Positions 1-15,200 of a stretch of 64,000 bases of DNA are shown piece after piece. The notes below the pieces were generated by a model that saw only the letters and a program-made list of their open reading frames with translations, was not told the DNA's origin and did no database searches. The stretch's first letter is position 1, and every line of letters begins with the position of its first letter. The translations under genes and the position numbers were made by a program. Source of the DNA: the human T2T-CHM13v2.0 reference genome, Homo sapiens; NCBI RefSeq assembly GCF_009914755.1, contig NC_060928.1. One strand, given 5' to 3'.

Positions 1-2037
1 GTTGGAAACGGGATATCTTCATATAAAATCTAGACAGAAGCATTCTCAGAAACTTCTTTGTGCTGTATGTCCTCAATTAACAGAGTTGAACCATTGCTTG
101 GATACAGCATTTTGGAAACATTCCTTGAGTAGAATCTGCAAGTTGATATTTAGATAGATTTGAAGATTTCGTTGGTAAAGGGAATATCTCCATATAAAAT
201 CTAGAGGGAAGCATTCTCAGAAACTGCTTTGTGATGTTTCCATTCAAGTCACAGAGTTGAATATTCCCTTTTATAGAGCACGTTTGAAACACTCTTTCTG
301 CACTATCTGGAAGTGGACATTTCGAGCGCTTTGAGGCCTATGGTGAAAAAGGAAATATCTTCCCATAAAAACTAGACAGAAGCATTCTCAGAAACTTGTT
401 TGTGATGTGTGTATTCAACTAACAGAGTTGAACTTTTGTTTTTACAGAGCCGTTTTAAAACACTCTTTTTGTGGAATCAGAAAGTGGATATTCGGATAGC
501 TCTGAGGATTTCGTTGGAAGCGGGATTACATATAAAATCTAGAGAGAAGCATTCTCAGGAACTTCTTTGTGATGTTTGCATTGAAGTCACAGAATTGAAC
601 ATTCACTTTGATAGAGCAGGTTTGAAACACTCATTCTGTAGTATCTGGAAGTGGACATTTCAAGCGCTTTCAGGCCTATGGTGAGAAAGGAAATATCTTC
701 GAATAAAAGCTAGACAGAAGCATCCTCAGAAACTTATTTGTGATGTGTGTCCTCAACTAACAGAGTTGAAACTTTGTTTTGATACAGCATTTTGGAAACA
801 CTCTTTTTGTAGAATCTGCAGGTGGATATTTGGATAGCTTAGAGGGATTCGTTGGAAAGGGGATATCTTCATATAAAATCTAGACAGAAGCATTCTCAGA
901 AACTTATTTGTGATGTGTGTCCTCAACTAACAGAGTTGAACCTTGGTTTTGATACAGCATTTTGGAAACACTCCTTTTGTAGAATCTGCAGGTGGATATG
1001 TGGATAGCTCTGAAGATTTCGTTGGAAACGGGAATTTCTTCATATAAAATCAAACAGAAGCATTCTCAGAAACTTCTCAGTGATGTTTGCATTCAGCTCA
1101 TGGAGTTGAACACTTCCTTTCATAGAGCCGGTTTGAAACACTCTTTCTGCACTACCTGGAAGAGGACATTTCGAGCGCTTTGAGTCCTATGGTGAAAAAG
1201 GAAATATCTTCTCATAAAAACCAGAAAGAAGCATTCTCAGAAACTTCTTTGTGTTGTGTGTACTCATGTAACAGTGTTGAACCATCCTTTTGACAGAGCA
1301 GTTTTGAAACACTCTTTTTGTAGAATCCGCAAGTGGATATTTGGATAGCTTTGAGGATTTCGTTGGAAACGGGATGACATATAATATCTAGAGAGAAGCA
1401 TTCTCAGGAACTTCTTTGTGATGTTTGCATTCAAGTCACAGAATTGAACATTCCCTTTCATAGATCAGGTTTGAAACACTCTTTCTCTAGTATCTGGAAG
1501 TGGGCATTTCAAGCGCTTTCAGGCCTATGGAGAGAAAGGAAATACCTTCAAATAAAAACTAGACAGAAGCATTCTCAGAAACTTATTTGTGATGTGTGTC
1601 CTCAACTAACAGAGTTGAACCTTTGTTTTGATACAGCATTTTGGAAACACTCCTTTTGTAGAATCTGCAGGTGGATATTTGGATAACTTTGAAGATTTCG
1701 TTGGAAACCGGAATATCTTCATATAAAATCAAGACAGAAGCATTCTCGGAAACAACTCTGTGATGTTTACATTCCACTCATAGAGTTGAAAACTTCCTTT
1801 CATAGAGCAGGTTTGAAACACTCTTTTTGTAATATTTGGAAGTGGACATTTGCAGCGCTTTGAGGCCTATGGTGAAAAAGGAAATATCTTCTCATAAAAA
1901 CCAGAAACAAGCATTCTCAGAAACTTCTTTTTGATGTGTGTACTCAAGTAACAGAGTTGAACCTTCCTTTTGACACAGCAGTTTTGAAACAATCTTTTTG
2001 TAGAATCTGCAAGTGGATATTTGGATAGCTTTGAGGA

Positions 2038-2054
2038 TTTCGTTGGAAACGGGA
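2038..2054 (+). promoter_or_regulatory. CENP-B box (intact, M1; representative of the 12-mer block)
   Basis: TTTCGTTGGAAACGGGA matches the core NTTCGNNNNANNCGGGN. Confidence 0.95.
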
Positions 2055-5000
2055 TATCTTCATATAAAATCTAGACAGAAGCATTCTCAGAAACTTCTTT
2101 GTGCTGTATGTCCTCAATTAACAGAGTTGAACCATTGCTTGGATACAGCATTTTGGAAACATTCCTTGAGTAGAATCTGCAAGTTGATATTTAGATAGAT
2201 TTGAAGATTTCGTTGGAAAAGGGAATATCTCCATATAAAATCTAGAGGGAAGCATTCTCAGAAACTGCTTTGTGATGTTTCCATTCAAGTCACAGAGTTG
2301 AATATTCCCTTTTATAGAGCACGTTTGAAACACTCTTTCTGCACTATCTGGAAGTGGACATTTCGAGCGCTTTGAGGCCTATGGTGAAAAAGGAAATATC
2401 TTCCCATAAAAACTAGACAGAAGCATTCTCAGAAACTTGTTTGTGATGTGTGTATTCAACTAACAGAGTTGAACTTTTGTTTTTACAGAGCCGTTTTAAA
2501 ACACTCTTTTTGTGGAATCAGAAAGTGGATATTCGGATAGCTCTGAGGATTTCGTTGGAAGCGGGATTACATATAAAATCTAGAGAGAAGCATTCTCAGG
2601 AACTTCTTTGTGATGTTTGCATTGAAGTCACAGAATTGAACATTCACTTTGATAGAGCAGGTTTGAAACACTCATTCTGTAGTATCTGGAAGTGGACATT
2701 TCAAGCGCTTTCAGGCCTATGGTGAGAAAGGAAATATCTTCGAATAAAAACTAGACAGAAGCATCCTCAGAAACTTATTTGTGATGTGTGTCCTCAACTA
2801 ACAGAGTTGAAACTTTGTTTTGATACAGCATTTTGGAAACACTCTTTTTGTAGAATCTGCAGGTGGATATTTGGATAGCTTAGAGGGATTCGTTGGAAAG
2901 GGGATATCTTCATATAAAATCTAGACAGAAGCATTCTCAGAAACTTATTTGTGATGTGTGTCCTCAACTAACAGAGTTGAACCTTGGTTTTGATACAGCA
3001 TTTTGGAAACACTCCTTTTGTAGAATCTGCAGGTGGATATGTGGATAGCTCTGAAGATTTCGTTGGAAACGGGAATTTCTTCATATAAAATCAAACAGAA
3101 GCATTCTCAGAAACTTCTCAGTGATGTTTGCATTCAGCTCATGGAGTTGAACACTTCCTTTCATAGAGCCGGTTTGAAACACTCTTTCTGGACTACCTGG
3201 AAGAGGACATTTCGAGCGCTTTGAGTCCTATGGTGAAAAAGGAAATATCTTCTCATAAAAACCAGAAAGAAGCATTCTCAGAAACTTCTTTGTGTTGTGT
3301 GTACTCATGTAACAGTGTTGAACCATCCTTTTGACAGAGCAGTTTTGAAACACTCTTTTTGTAGAATCCGCAAGTGGATATTTGGATAGCTTTGAGGATT
3401 TCGTTGGAAACGGGATGACATATAATATCTAGAGAGAAGCATTCTCAGGAACTTCTTTGTGATGTTTGCATTGAAGTCACAGAATTGAACATTCCCTTTC
3501 ATAGAGCAGGTTTGAAACACTCTTTCTCTAGTATCTGGAAGTGGGCATTTCAAGCGCTTTCAGGCCTATGGAGAGAAAGGAAATACCTTCAAATAAAAAC
3601 TAGACAGAAGCATTCTCAGAAACTTATTTGTGATGTGTGCCCTCAACTAACAGAGTTGAACCTTTGTTTTGATACAGCATTTTGGAAACACTCCTTTTGT
3701 AGAATCTGCAGGTGGATATTTGGATAAATTTGAAGATTTCGTTGGAAACCGGAATATCTTCATATAAAATCAAGACAGAAGCATTCTCGGAAACATCTCT
3801 GTGATGTTTACATTCCACTCATAGAGTTGAAAACTTCCTTTCATAGAGCAGGTTTGAAACACTCTTTTTGTAATATTTGGAAGTGGACATTTGCAGCGCT
3901 TTGAGGCCTATGGTGAAAAAGGAAATATCTTCTCATAAAAACCAGAAACAAGCATTCTCAGAAACTTCTTTTTGATGTGTGTACTCAAGTAACAGAGTTG
4001 AACCTTCCTTTAGACACAGCAGTTTTGAAACAATCTTTTTGTAGAATCTGCAAGTGGATATTTGGATAGCTTTGAGGATTTCGTTGGAAACGGGATATCT
4101 TCATATAAAATCTAGACAGAAGCATTCTCAGAAACTTCTTTGTGCTGTATGTCCTCAATTAACAGAGTTGAACCATTGCTTGGATACAGCATTTTGGAAA
4201 CATTCCTTGAGTAGAATCTGCAAGTTGATATTTAGATAGATTTGAAGATTTCGTTGGAAAAGGGAATATCTCCATATAAAATCTAGAGGGAAGCATTCTC
4301 AGAAACTGCTTTGTGATGTTTCCATTCAAGTCACAGAGTTGAATATTCCCTTTTATAGAGCACGTTTGAAACACTCTTTCTGCACTATCTGGAAGTGGAC
4401 ATTTCGAGCGCTTTGAGGCCTATGGTGAAAAAGGAAATATCTTCCCATAAAAACTAGACAGAAGCATTCTCAGAAACTTGTTTGTGATGTGTGTATTCAA
4501 CTAACAGAGTTGAACTTTTGTTTTTACAGAGCCGTTTTAAAACACTCTTTTTGTGGAATCAGAAAGTGGATATTCGGATAGCTCTGAGGATTTCGTTGGA
4601 AGCGGGATTACATATAAAATCTAGAGAGAAGCATTCTCAGGAACTTCTTTGTGATGTTTGCATTGAAGTCACAGAATTGAACATTCACTTTGATAGAGCA
4701 GGTTTGAAACACTCATTCTGTAGTATCTGGAAGTGGACATTTCAAGCGCTTTCAGGCCTATGGTGAGAAAGGAAATATCTTCGAATAAAAGCTAGACAGA
4801 AGCATCCTCCGAAACTTATTTGTGATGTGTGTCCTCAACTAACAGAGTTGAAACTTTGTTTTGATACAGCATTTTGGAAACACTCTTTTTGTAGAATCTG
4901 CAGGTGGATATTTGGATAGCTTAGAGGGATTCGTTGGAAAGGGGATATCTTCATATAAAATCTAGACAGAAGCATTCTCAGAAACTTATTTGTGATGTGT

Positions 5001-8000
5001 GTCCTCAACTAACAGAGTTGAACCTTGGTTTTGATACAGCATTTTGGAAACACTCCTTTTGTAGAATCTGCAGGTGGATATGTGGATAGCTCTGAAGATT
5101 TCGTTGGAAACGGGAATTTCTTCATATAAAATCAAACAGAAGCATTCTCAGAAACTTCTCAGTGATGTTTGCATTCAGCTCATGGAGTTGAACACTTCCT
5201 TTCATAGAGCCGGTTTGAAACACTCTTTCTGCACTACCTGGAAGAGGACATTTCGAGCGCTTTGAGTCCTATGGTGAAAAAGGAAATATCTTCTCATAAA
5301 AACCAGAAAGAAGCATTCTCAGAAACTTCTTTGTGTTGTGTGTACTCATGTAACAGTGTTGAACCATCCTTTTGACAGAGCAGTTTTGAAACACTCTTTT
5401 TGTAGAATCCGCAAGTGGATATTTGGATAGCTTTGAGGATTTCGTTGGAAACGGGATGACATATAATATCTAGAGAGAAGCATTCTCAGGAACTTCTTTG
5501 TGATGTTTGCATTCAAGTCACAGAATTGAACATTCCCTTTCATAGAGCAGGTTTGAAACACTCTTTCTCTAGTATCTGGAAGTGGGCATTTCAAGCGCTT
5601 TCAGGCCTATGGAGAGAAAGGAAATACCTTCAAATAAAAACTAGACAGAAGCATTCTCAGAAACTTATTTGTGATGTGTGCCCTCAACTAACAGAGTTGA
5701 ACCTTTGTTTTGATACAGCATTTTGGAAACACTCCTTTTGTAGAATCTGCAGGTGGATATTTGGATAAATTTGAAGATTTCGTTGGAAACCGGAATATCT
5801 TCATATAAAATCAAGACAGAAGCATTCTCGGAAACATCTCTGTGATGTTTACATTCCACTCATAGAGTTGAAAACTTCCTTTCATAGAGCAGGTTTGAAA
5901 CACTCTTTTTGTAATATTTGGAAGTGGACATTTGCAGCGCTTTGAGGCCTATGGTGAAAAAGGAAATATCTTCTCATAAAAACCAGAAACAAGCATTCTC
6001 AGAAACTTCTTTTTGATGTGTGTACTCAAGTAACAGAGTTGAACCTTCCTTTAGACACAGCAGTTTTGAAACAATCTTTTTGTAGAATCTGCAAGTGGAT
6101 ATTTGGATAGCTTTGAGGATTTCGTTGGAAACGGGATATCTTCATATAAAATCTAGACAGAAGCATTCTCAGAAACTTCTTTGTGCTGTATGTCCTCAAT
6201 TAACAGAGTTGAACCATTGCTTGGATACAGCATTTTGGAAACATTCCTTGAGTAGAATCTGCAAGTTGATATTTAGATAGATTTGAAGATTTCGTTGGAA
6301 AAGGGAATATCTCCATATAAAATCTAGAGGGAAGCATTCTCAGAAACTGCTTTGTGATGTTTCCATTCAAGTCACAGAGTTGAATATTCCCTTTTATAGA
6401 GCACGTTTGAAACACTCTTTCTGCACTATCTGGAAGTGGACATTTCGAGCGCTTTGAGACCTATGGTGAAAAAGGAAATATCTTCCCATAAAAACTAGAC
6501 AGAAGCATTCTCAGAAACTTGTTTGTGATGTGTGTATTCAACTAACAGAGTTGAACTTTTGTTTTTACAGAGCCGTTTTAAAACACTCTTTTTGTGGAAT
6601 CAGAAAGTGGATATTCGGATAGCTCTGAGGATTTCGTTGGAAGCGGGATTACATATAAAATCTAGAGAGAAGCATTCTCAGGAACTTCTTTGTGATGTTT
6701 GCATTGAAGTCACAGAATTGAACATTCACTTTGATAGAGCAGGTTTGAAACACTCATTCTGTAGTATCTGGAAGTGGACATTTCAAGCGCTTTCAGGCCT
6801 ATGGTGAGAAAGGAAATATCTTCGAATAAAAACTAGACAGAAGCATCCTCAGAAACTTATTTGTGATGTGTGTCCTCAACTAACAGAGTTGAAACTTTGT
6901 TTTGATACAGCATTTTGGAAACACTCTTTTTGTAGAATCTGCAGGTGGATATTTGGATACCTTAGAGGGATTCGTTGGAAAGGGGATATCTTCATATAAA
7001 ATCTAGACAGAAGCATTCTCAGAAACTTATTTGTGATGTGTGTCCTCAACTAACAGAGTTGAACCTTGGTTTTGATACAGCATTTTGGAAACACTCCTTT
7101 TGTAGAATCTGCAGGTGGATATGTGGATAGCTCTGAAGATTTCGTTGGAAACGGGAATTTCTTCATATAAAATCAAAAAGAAGCATTCTCAGAAACTTCT
7201 CAGTGATGTTTGCATTCAGCTCATGGAGTTGAACACTTCCTTTCATAGAGCCGGTTTGAAACACTCTTTCTGCACTACCTGGAAGAGGACATTTCGAGCG
7301 CTTTGAGTCCTATGGTGAAAAAGGAAATATCTTCTCATAAAAACCACAAAGAAGCATTCTCAGAAACTTCTTTGTGTTGTGTGTACTCATGTAACAGTGT
7401 TGAACCATCCTTTTGACACAGCAGTTTTGAAACACTCTTTTGTAGAATCTGCAAGTGGATATTTGGATAGCTTTGAGGATTTCGTTGGAAACGGGATGAC
7501 ATATAATATCTAGAGAGAAGCATTCTCAGGAACTTCTTTGTGATGTTTGCATTCAAGTCACAGAATTGAACATTCCCTTTCATAGAGCAGGTTTGAAACA
7601 CTCTTTCTCTAGTATCTGGAAGTGGGCATTTCAAGCGCTTTCAGGCCTATGGAGAGAAAGGAAATACCTTCAAATAAAAACTAGACAGAAGCATTCTCAG
7701 AAACTTATTTGTGATGTGTGTCCTCAACTAACAGAGTTGAACTTTTGTTTTGATACAGCATTTTGGAAACACTCCTTTTGTAGAATCTGCAGGTGGATAT
7801 TTGGATAAATTTGAAGATTTCGTTGGAAACCGGAATATCTTCATATAAAATCAAGACAGAAGCATTCTCGGAAACATCTCTGTGATGTTTACATTCCACT
7901 CATAGAGTTGAAAACTTCCTTTCATAGAGCAGGTTTGAAACACTCTTTTTGTAATATTTGGAAGTGGACATTTGCAGCGCTTTGAGGCCTATGGTGAAAA

Positions 8001-11000
8001 AGGAAATATCTTCTCATAAAAACCAGAAACAAGCATTCTCAGAAACTTCTTTTTGATGTGTGTACTCAAGTAACAGAGTTGAACCTTCCTTTTGACACAG
8101 CAGTTTTGAAACAATCTTTTTGTAGAATCTGCAAGTGGATATTTGGATAGCTTTGAGGATTTCGTTGGAAACGGGATATCTTCATATAAAATCTAGACAG
8201 AAGCATTCTCAGAAACTTCTTTGTGCTGTATGTCCTCAATTAACAGAGTTGAACCATTGCTTGGATACAGCATTTTGGAAACATTCCTTGAGTAGAATCT
8301 ACAAGTTGATATTTAGATAGATTTGAAGATTTCGTTGGAAAAGGGAATATCTCCATATAAAGTCTAGAGGGAAGCATTCTCAGAAACTGCTTTGTGATGT
8401 TTCCATTCAAGTCACAGAGTTGAATATTCCCTTTTATAGAGCACGTTTGAAACACTCTTTCTGCACTATCTGGAAGTGGACATTTCGAGCGCTTTGAGGC
8501 CTATGGTGAAAAAGGAAATATCTTCCCATAAAAACTAGACAGAAGCATTCTCAGAAACTTGTTTGTGATGTGTGTATTCAACTAACAGAGTTGAACTTTT
8601 GTTTTTACAGAGCCGTTTTAAAACACTCTTTTTGTGGAATCAGAAAGTGGATATTCGGATGGCTCTGAGGATTTCGTTGGAAGCGGGATTACATATAAAA
8701 TCTAGAGAGAAGCATTCTCAGGAACTTCTTTGTGATGTTTGCATTGAAGTCACAGAATTGAACATTCACTTTGATAGAGCAGGTTTGAAACACTCATTCT
8801 GTAGTATCTGGAAGTGGACATTTCAAGCGCTTTCAGGCCTATGGTGAGAAAGGAAATATCTTCGAATAAAAACTAGACAGAAGCATCCTCAGAAACTTAT
8901 TTGTGATGTGTGTCCTCAACTAACAGAGTTGAAACTTTGTTTTGATACAGCATTTTGGAAACACTCTTTTTGTAGAATCTGCAGGTGGATATTTGGATAG
9001 CTTAGAGGGATTCGTTGGAAAGGGGATATCTTCATATAAAATCTAGACAGAAGCATTCTCAGAAACTTATTTGTGATGTGTGTCCTCAACTAACAGAGTT
9101 GAACCTTGGTTTTGATACAGCATTTTGGAAACACTCCTTTTGTAGAATCTGCAGGTGGATATGTGGATAGCTCTGAAGATTTCGTTGGAAACGGGAATTT
9201 CTTCATATAAAATCAAACAGAAGCATTCTCAGAAACTTCTCAGTGATGTTTGCATTCAGCTCATGGAGTTGAACACTTCCTTTCATAGAGCCGGTTTGAA
9301 ACACTCTTTCTGCACTACCTGGAAGAGGACATTTCGAGCGCTTTGAGTCCTATGGTGAAAAAGGAAATATCTTCTCATAAAAACCAGAAAGAAGCATTCT
9401 CAGAAACTTCTTTGTGTTGTGTGTACTCATGTAACAGTGTTGAACCATCCTTTTGACAGAGCAGTTTTGAAACACTCTTTTTGTAGAATCTGCAAGTGGA
9501 TATTTGGATAGCTTTGAGGATTTCGTTGGAAACGGGATGACATATAATATCTAGAGAGAAGCATTCTCAGGAACTTCTTTGTGATGTTTGCATTCAAGTC
9601 ACAGAATTGAACATTCCCTTTCATAGAGCAGGTTTGAAACACTCTTTCTCTAGTATCTGGAAGTGGGCATTTCAAGCGCTTTCAGGCCTATGGAGAGAAA
9701 GGAAATACCTTCAAATAAAAACTAGACAGAAGCATTCTCAGAAACTTATTTGTGATGTGTGTCCTCAACTAACAGAGTTGAACCTTTGTTTAGATACAGC
9801 ATTTTGGAAACACTCCTTTTGTAGAATCTGCAGGTGGATATTTGGATAAATTTGAAGATTTCATTGGAAACCGGAATATCTTCATATAAAATCAAGACAG
9901 AAGCATTCTCGGAAACATCTCTGTGATGTTTACATTCCACTCATAGAGTTGAAAACTTCCTTTCATAGAGCAGGTTTGAAACACTCTTTTTGTAATATTT
10001 GGAAGTGGACATTTGCAGCGCTTTGAGGCCTATGGTGAAAAAGGAAATATCTTCTCATAAAAACCAGAAACAAGCATTCTCAGAAACTTCTTTTTGATGT
10101 GTGTACTCAAGTAACAGAGTTGAACCTTCCTTTTGACACAGCAGTTTTGAAACAATCTTTTTGTAGAATCTGCAAGTGGATATTTGGATAGCTTTGAGGA
10201 TTTCGTTGGAAACGGGATATCTTCATATAAAATCTAGACAGAAGCATTCTCAGAAACTTCTTTGTGCTGTATGTCCTCAATTAACAGAGTTGAACCATTG
10301 CTTGGATACAGCATTTTGGAAACATTCCTTGAGTAGAATCTGCAAGTTGATATTTAGATAGATTTGAAGATTTCGTTGGAAAAGGGAATATCTCCATATA
10401 AAATCTAGAGGGAAGCATTCTCAGAAACTGCTTTGTGATGTTTCCATTCAAGTCACAGAGTTGAATATTCCCTTTTATAGAGCACGTTTGAAACACTCTT
10501 TCTGCACTATCTGGAAGTGGACATTTCGAGCGCTTTGAGGCCTATGGTGAAAAAGGAAATATCTTCCCATAAAAACTACACAGAAGCATTCTCAGAAACT
10601 TGTTTGTGATGTGTGTATTCAACTAACAGAGTTGAACTTTTGTTTTTACAGAGCCGTTTTAAAACACTCTTTTTGTGGAATCAGAAAGTGGATATTCGGA
10701 TGGCTCTGAGGATTTCGTTGGAAGCGGGATTACATATAAAATCTAGAGAGAAGCATTCTCAGGAACTTCTTTGTGATGTTTGCATTGAAGTCACAGAATT
10801 GAACATTCACTTTGATAGAGCAGGTTTGAAACACTCATTCTGTAGTATCTGGAAGTGGACATTTCAAGCGCTTTCAGGCCTATGGTGAGAAAGGAAATAT
10901 CTTCGAATAAAAACTAGACAGAAGCATCCTCAGAAACTTATTTGTGATGTGTGTCCTCAACTAACAGAGTTGAAACTTTGTTTTGATACAGCATTTTGGA

Positions 11001-12216
11001 AACACTCTTTTTGTAGAATCTGCAGGTGGATATTTGGATAGCTTAGAGGGATTCGTTGGAAAGGGGATATCTTCATATAAAATCTAGACAGAAGCATTCT
11101 CAGAAACTTATTTGTGATGTCTGTCCTCAACTAACAGAGTTGAACCTTGGTTTTGATACAGCATTTTGGAAACACTCCTTTTGTAGAATCTGCAGGTGGA
11201 TATGTGGATAGCTCTGAAGATTTCGTTGGAAACGGGAATTTCTTCATATAAAATCAAACAGAAGCATTCTCAGAAACTTCTCAGTGATGTTTGCATTCAG
11301 CTCATGGAGTTGAACACTTCCTTTCATAGAGCCGGTTTGAAACACTCTTTCTGCACTACCTGGAAGAGGACATTTCGAGCGCTTTGAGTCCTATGGTGAA
11401 AAAGGAAATATCTTCTCATAAAAACCAGAAAGAAGCATTCTCAGAAACTTCTTTGTGTTGTGTGTACTCATGTAACAGTGTTGAACCATCCCTTTGACAG
11501 AGCAGTTTTGAAACACTCTTTTTGTAGAATCTGCAAGTGGATATTTGGATAGCTTTGAGGATTTCGTTGGAAACGGGATGACATATAATATCTAGAGAGA
11601 AGCATTCTCAGGAACTTCTTTGTGATGTTTGCATTCAAGTCACAGAATTGAACATTCCCTTTCATAGAGCAGGTTTGAAACACTCTTTCTCTAGTATCTG
11701 GAAGTGGGCATTTCAAGCGCTTTCAGGCCTATGGAGAGAAAGGAAATACCTTCAAATAAAAACTAGACAGAAGCATTCTCAGAAACTTATTTGTGATGTG
11801 TGCCCTCAACTAACAGAGTTGAACCTTTGTTTTGATACAGCATTTTGGAAACACTCCTTTTGTAGAATCTGCAGGTGGATATTTGGATAAATTTGAAGAT
11901 TTCGTTGGAAACCGGAATAGATTCATATAAAATCAAGACAGAAGCATTCTCGGAAACATCTCTGTGATGTTTACATTCCACTCATAGAGTTGAAAACTTC
12001 CTTTCATAGAACAGGTTTGAAACACTCTTTTTGTAATATTTGGAAGTGGACATTTGCAGCGCTTTGAGGCCTATGGTGAAAAAGGAAATATCTTCTCATA
12101 AAAACCAGAAACAAGCATTCTCAGAAACTTCTTTTTGATGTGTGTACTCAAGTAACAGAGTTGAACCTTCCTTTAGACACAGCAGTTTTGAAACAATCTT
12201 TTTGTAGAATCTGCAA

Positions 12217-15200
12217 GTGGATATTTGGATAGCTTTGAGGATTTCGTTGGAAACGGGATATCTTCATATAAAATCTAGACAGAAGCATTCTCAGAAACTT
12301 CTTTGTGCTGTATGTCCTCAATTAACAGAGTTGAACCATTGCTTGGATACAGCATTTTGGAAACATTCCTTGAGTAGAATCTGCAAGTTTATATTTAGAT
12401 AGATTTGAAGATTTCGTTGGAAAAGGGAATATCTCCATATAAAATCTAGAGGGAAGCATTCTCAGAAACTGCTTTGTGATGTTTCCATTCAAGTCACAGA
12501 GTTGAATATTCCCTTTTATAGAGCACGTTTGAAACACTCTTTCTGCACTATCTGGAAGTGGACATTTCGAGCGCTTTGAGGCCTATGGTGAAAAAGGAAA
12601 TATCTTCCCATAAAAACTAGACAGAAGCATTCTCAGAAACTTGTTTGTGATGTGTGTATTCAACTAACAGAGTTGAACTTTTGTTTTTACAGAGCCGTTT
12701 TAAAACACTCTTTTTGTGGAATCAGAAAGTGGATATTCGGATAGCTCTGAGGATTTCGTTGGAAGCGGGATTACATATAAAATCTAGAGAGAAGCATTCT
12801 CAGGAACTTCTTTGTGATGTTTGCATTGAAGTCACAGAATTGAACATTCACTTTGATAGAGCAGGTTTGAAACACTCATTCTGTAGTATCTGGAAGTGGA
12901 CATTTCAAGCGCTTTCAGGCCTATGGTGAGAAAGGAAATATCTTCGAATAAAAACTAGACAGAAGCATCCTCAGAAACTTATTTGTGATGTGTGTCCTCA
13001 ACTAACAGAGTTGAACCTTTGTTTTGATACAGCATTTTGGAAACACTCTTTTTGTAGAATCTGCAGGTGGATATTTGGATAGCTTAGAGGGATTCGTTGG
13101 AAAGGGGATATCTTCATATAAAATCTAGACAGAAGCATTCTCAGAAACTTATTTGTGATGTGTGTCCTCAACTAACAGAGTTGAACCTTGGTTTTGATAC
13201 AGCATTTTGGAAACACTCCTTTTGTAGAATCTGCAGGTGGATATGTGGATAGCTCTGAAGATTTCGTTGGAAACGGGAATTTCTTCATATAAAATCAAAC
13301 AGAAGCATTCTCAGAAACTTCTCAGTGATGTTTGCATTCAGCTCATGGAGTTGAACACTTCCTTTCATAGAGCCGGTTTGAAACACTCTTTCTGCACTAC
13401 CTGGAAGAGGACATTTCGAGCGCTTTGAGTCCTATGGTGAAAAAGGAAATATCTTCTCATAAAAACCAGAAAGAAGCATTCTCAGAAACTTCTTTGTGTT
13501 GTGTGTACTCATGTAACAGTGTTGAACCATCCTTTTGACAGAGCAGTTTTGAAACACTCTTTTTGTAGAATCTGCAAGTGGATATTTGGATAGCTTTGAG
13601 GATTTCGTTGGAAACGGGATGACATATAATATCTAGAGAGAAGCATTCTCAGGAACTTCTTTGTGATGTTTGCATTCAAGTCACAGAATTGAACATTCCC
13701 TTTCATAGAGCAGGTTTGAAACACTCTTTCTCTAGTATCTGGAAGTGGGCATTTCAAGCGCATTCAGGCCTATGGAGAGAAAGGAAATACCTTCAAATAA
13801 AAACTAGACAGAAGCATTCTCAGAAACTTATTTGTGATGTGTGTCCTCAACTAACAGAGTTGAACCTTTGTTTTGATACAGCATTTTGGAAACACTCCTT
13901 TTGTAGAATCTGCAGGTGGATATTTGGATAAATTTGAAGATTTCGTTGGAAACCGGAATATCTTCATATAAAATCAAGACAGAAGCATTCTCGGAAACAT
14001 CTCTGTGATGTTTACATTCCACTCATAGAGTTGAAAACTTCCTTTCATAGAGCAGGTTTGAAACACTCTTTTTGTAATATTTGGAAGTGGACATTTGCAG
14101 CGCTTTGAGGCCTATGGTGAAAAAGGAAATATCTTCTCATAAAATCCAGAAACAAGCATTCTCAGAAACTTCTTTTTGATGTGTGTACTCAAGTAACAGA
14201 GTTGAACCTTCCTTTTGACACAGCAGTTTTGAAACAATCTTTTTGTAGAATCTGCAAGTGGATATTTGGATAGCTTTGAGGATTTCGTTGGAAACGGGAT
14301 ATCTTCATATAAAATCTAGACAGAAGCATTCTCAGAAACTTCTTTGTGCTGTATGTCCTCAATTAACAGAGTTGAACCATTGCTTGGATACAGCATTTTG
14401 GAAACATTCCTTGAGTAGAATCTGCAAGTTGATATTTAGATAGATTTGAAGATTTCGTTGGAAAAGGGAATATCTCCATATAAAATCTAGAGGGAAGCAT
14501 TCTCAGAAACTGCTTTGTGATGTTTCCATTCAAGTCACAGAGTTGAATATTCCCTTTTATAGAGCACGTTTGAAACACTCTTTCTGCACTATCTCGAAGT
14601 GGACATTTCGAGCGCTTTGAGGCCTATGGTGAAAAAGGAAATATCTTCCCATAAAAACTAGACAGAAGCATTCTCAGAAACTTGTTTGTGATGTGTGTAT
14701 TCAACTAACAGAGTTGAACTTTTGTTTTTACAGAGCCGTTTTAAAACACTCTTTTTGTGGAATCAGAAAGTGGATATTCGGATAGCTCTGAGGATTTCGT
14801 TGGAAGCGGGATTACATATAAAATCTAGAGAGAAGCATTCTCAGGAACTTCTTTGTGATGTTTGCATTGAAGTCACAGAATTGAACATTCACTTTGATAG
14901 AGCAGGTTTGAAACACTCATTCTGTAGTTTCTGGAAGTGGACATTTCAAGCGCTTTCAGGCCTATGGTGAGAAAGGAAATATCTTCGAATAAAAACTAGA
15001 CAGAAGCATCCTCAGAAACTTATTTGTGATGTGTGTCCTCAACTAACAGAGTTGAATCTTTGTTTTGATACAGCATTTTGGAAACACTCTTTTTGTAGAA
15101 TCTGCAGGTGGATATTTGGATAGCTTAGAGGGATTCGTTGGAAAGGGGATATCTTCATATAAAATCTAGACAGAAGCATTCTCAGAAACTTATTTGTGAT

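Noticed and set aside
20-30. TATAAAA motifs resembling TATA boxes in many monomers
   Set aside because: They are part of the normal monomer tail next to the A/B box; the sequence alone gives no promoter evidence.
320-340. Short palindromes (AGCGCT, AGGCCT, TCTAGA) as terminators or special cruciforms
   Set aside because: They are ordinary 6-bp dyads present in consensus monomers and are not specific to this window.
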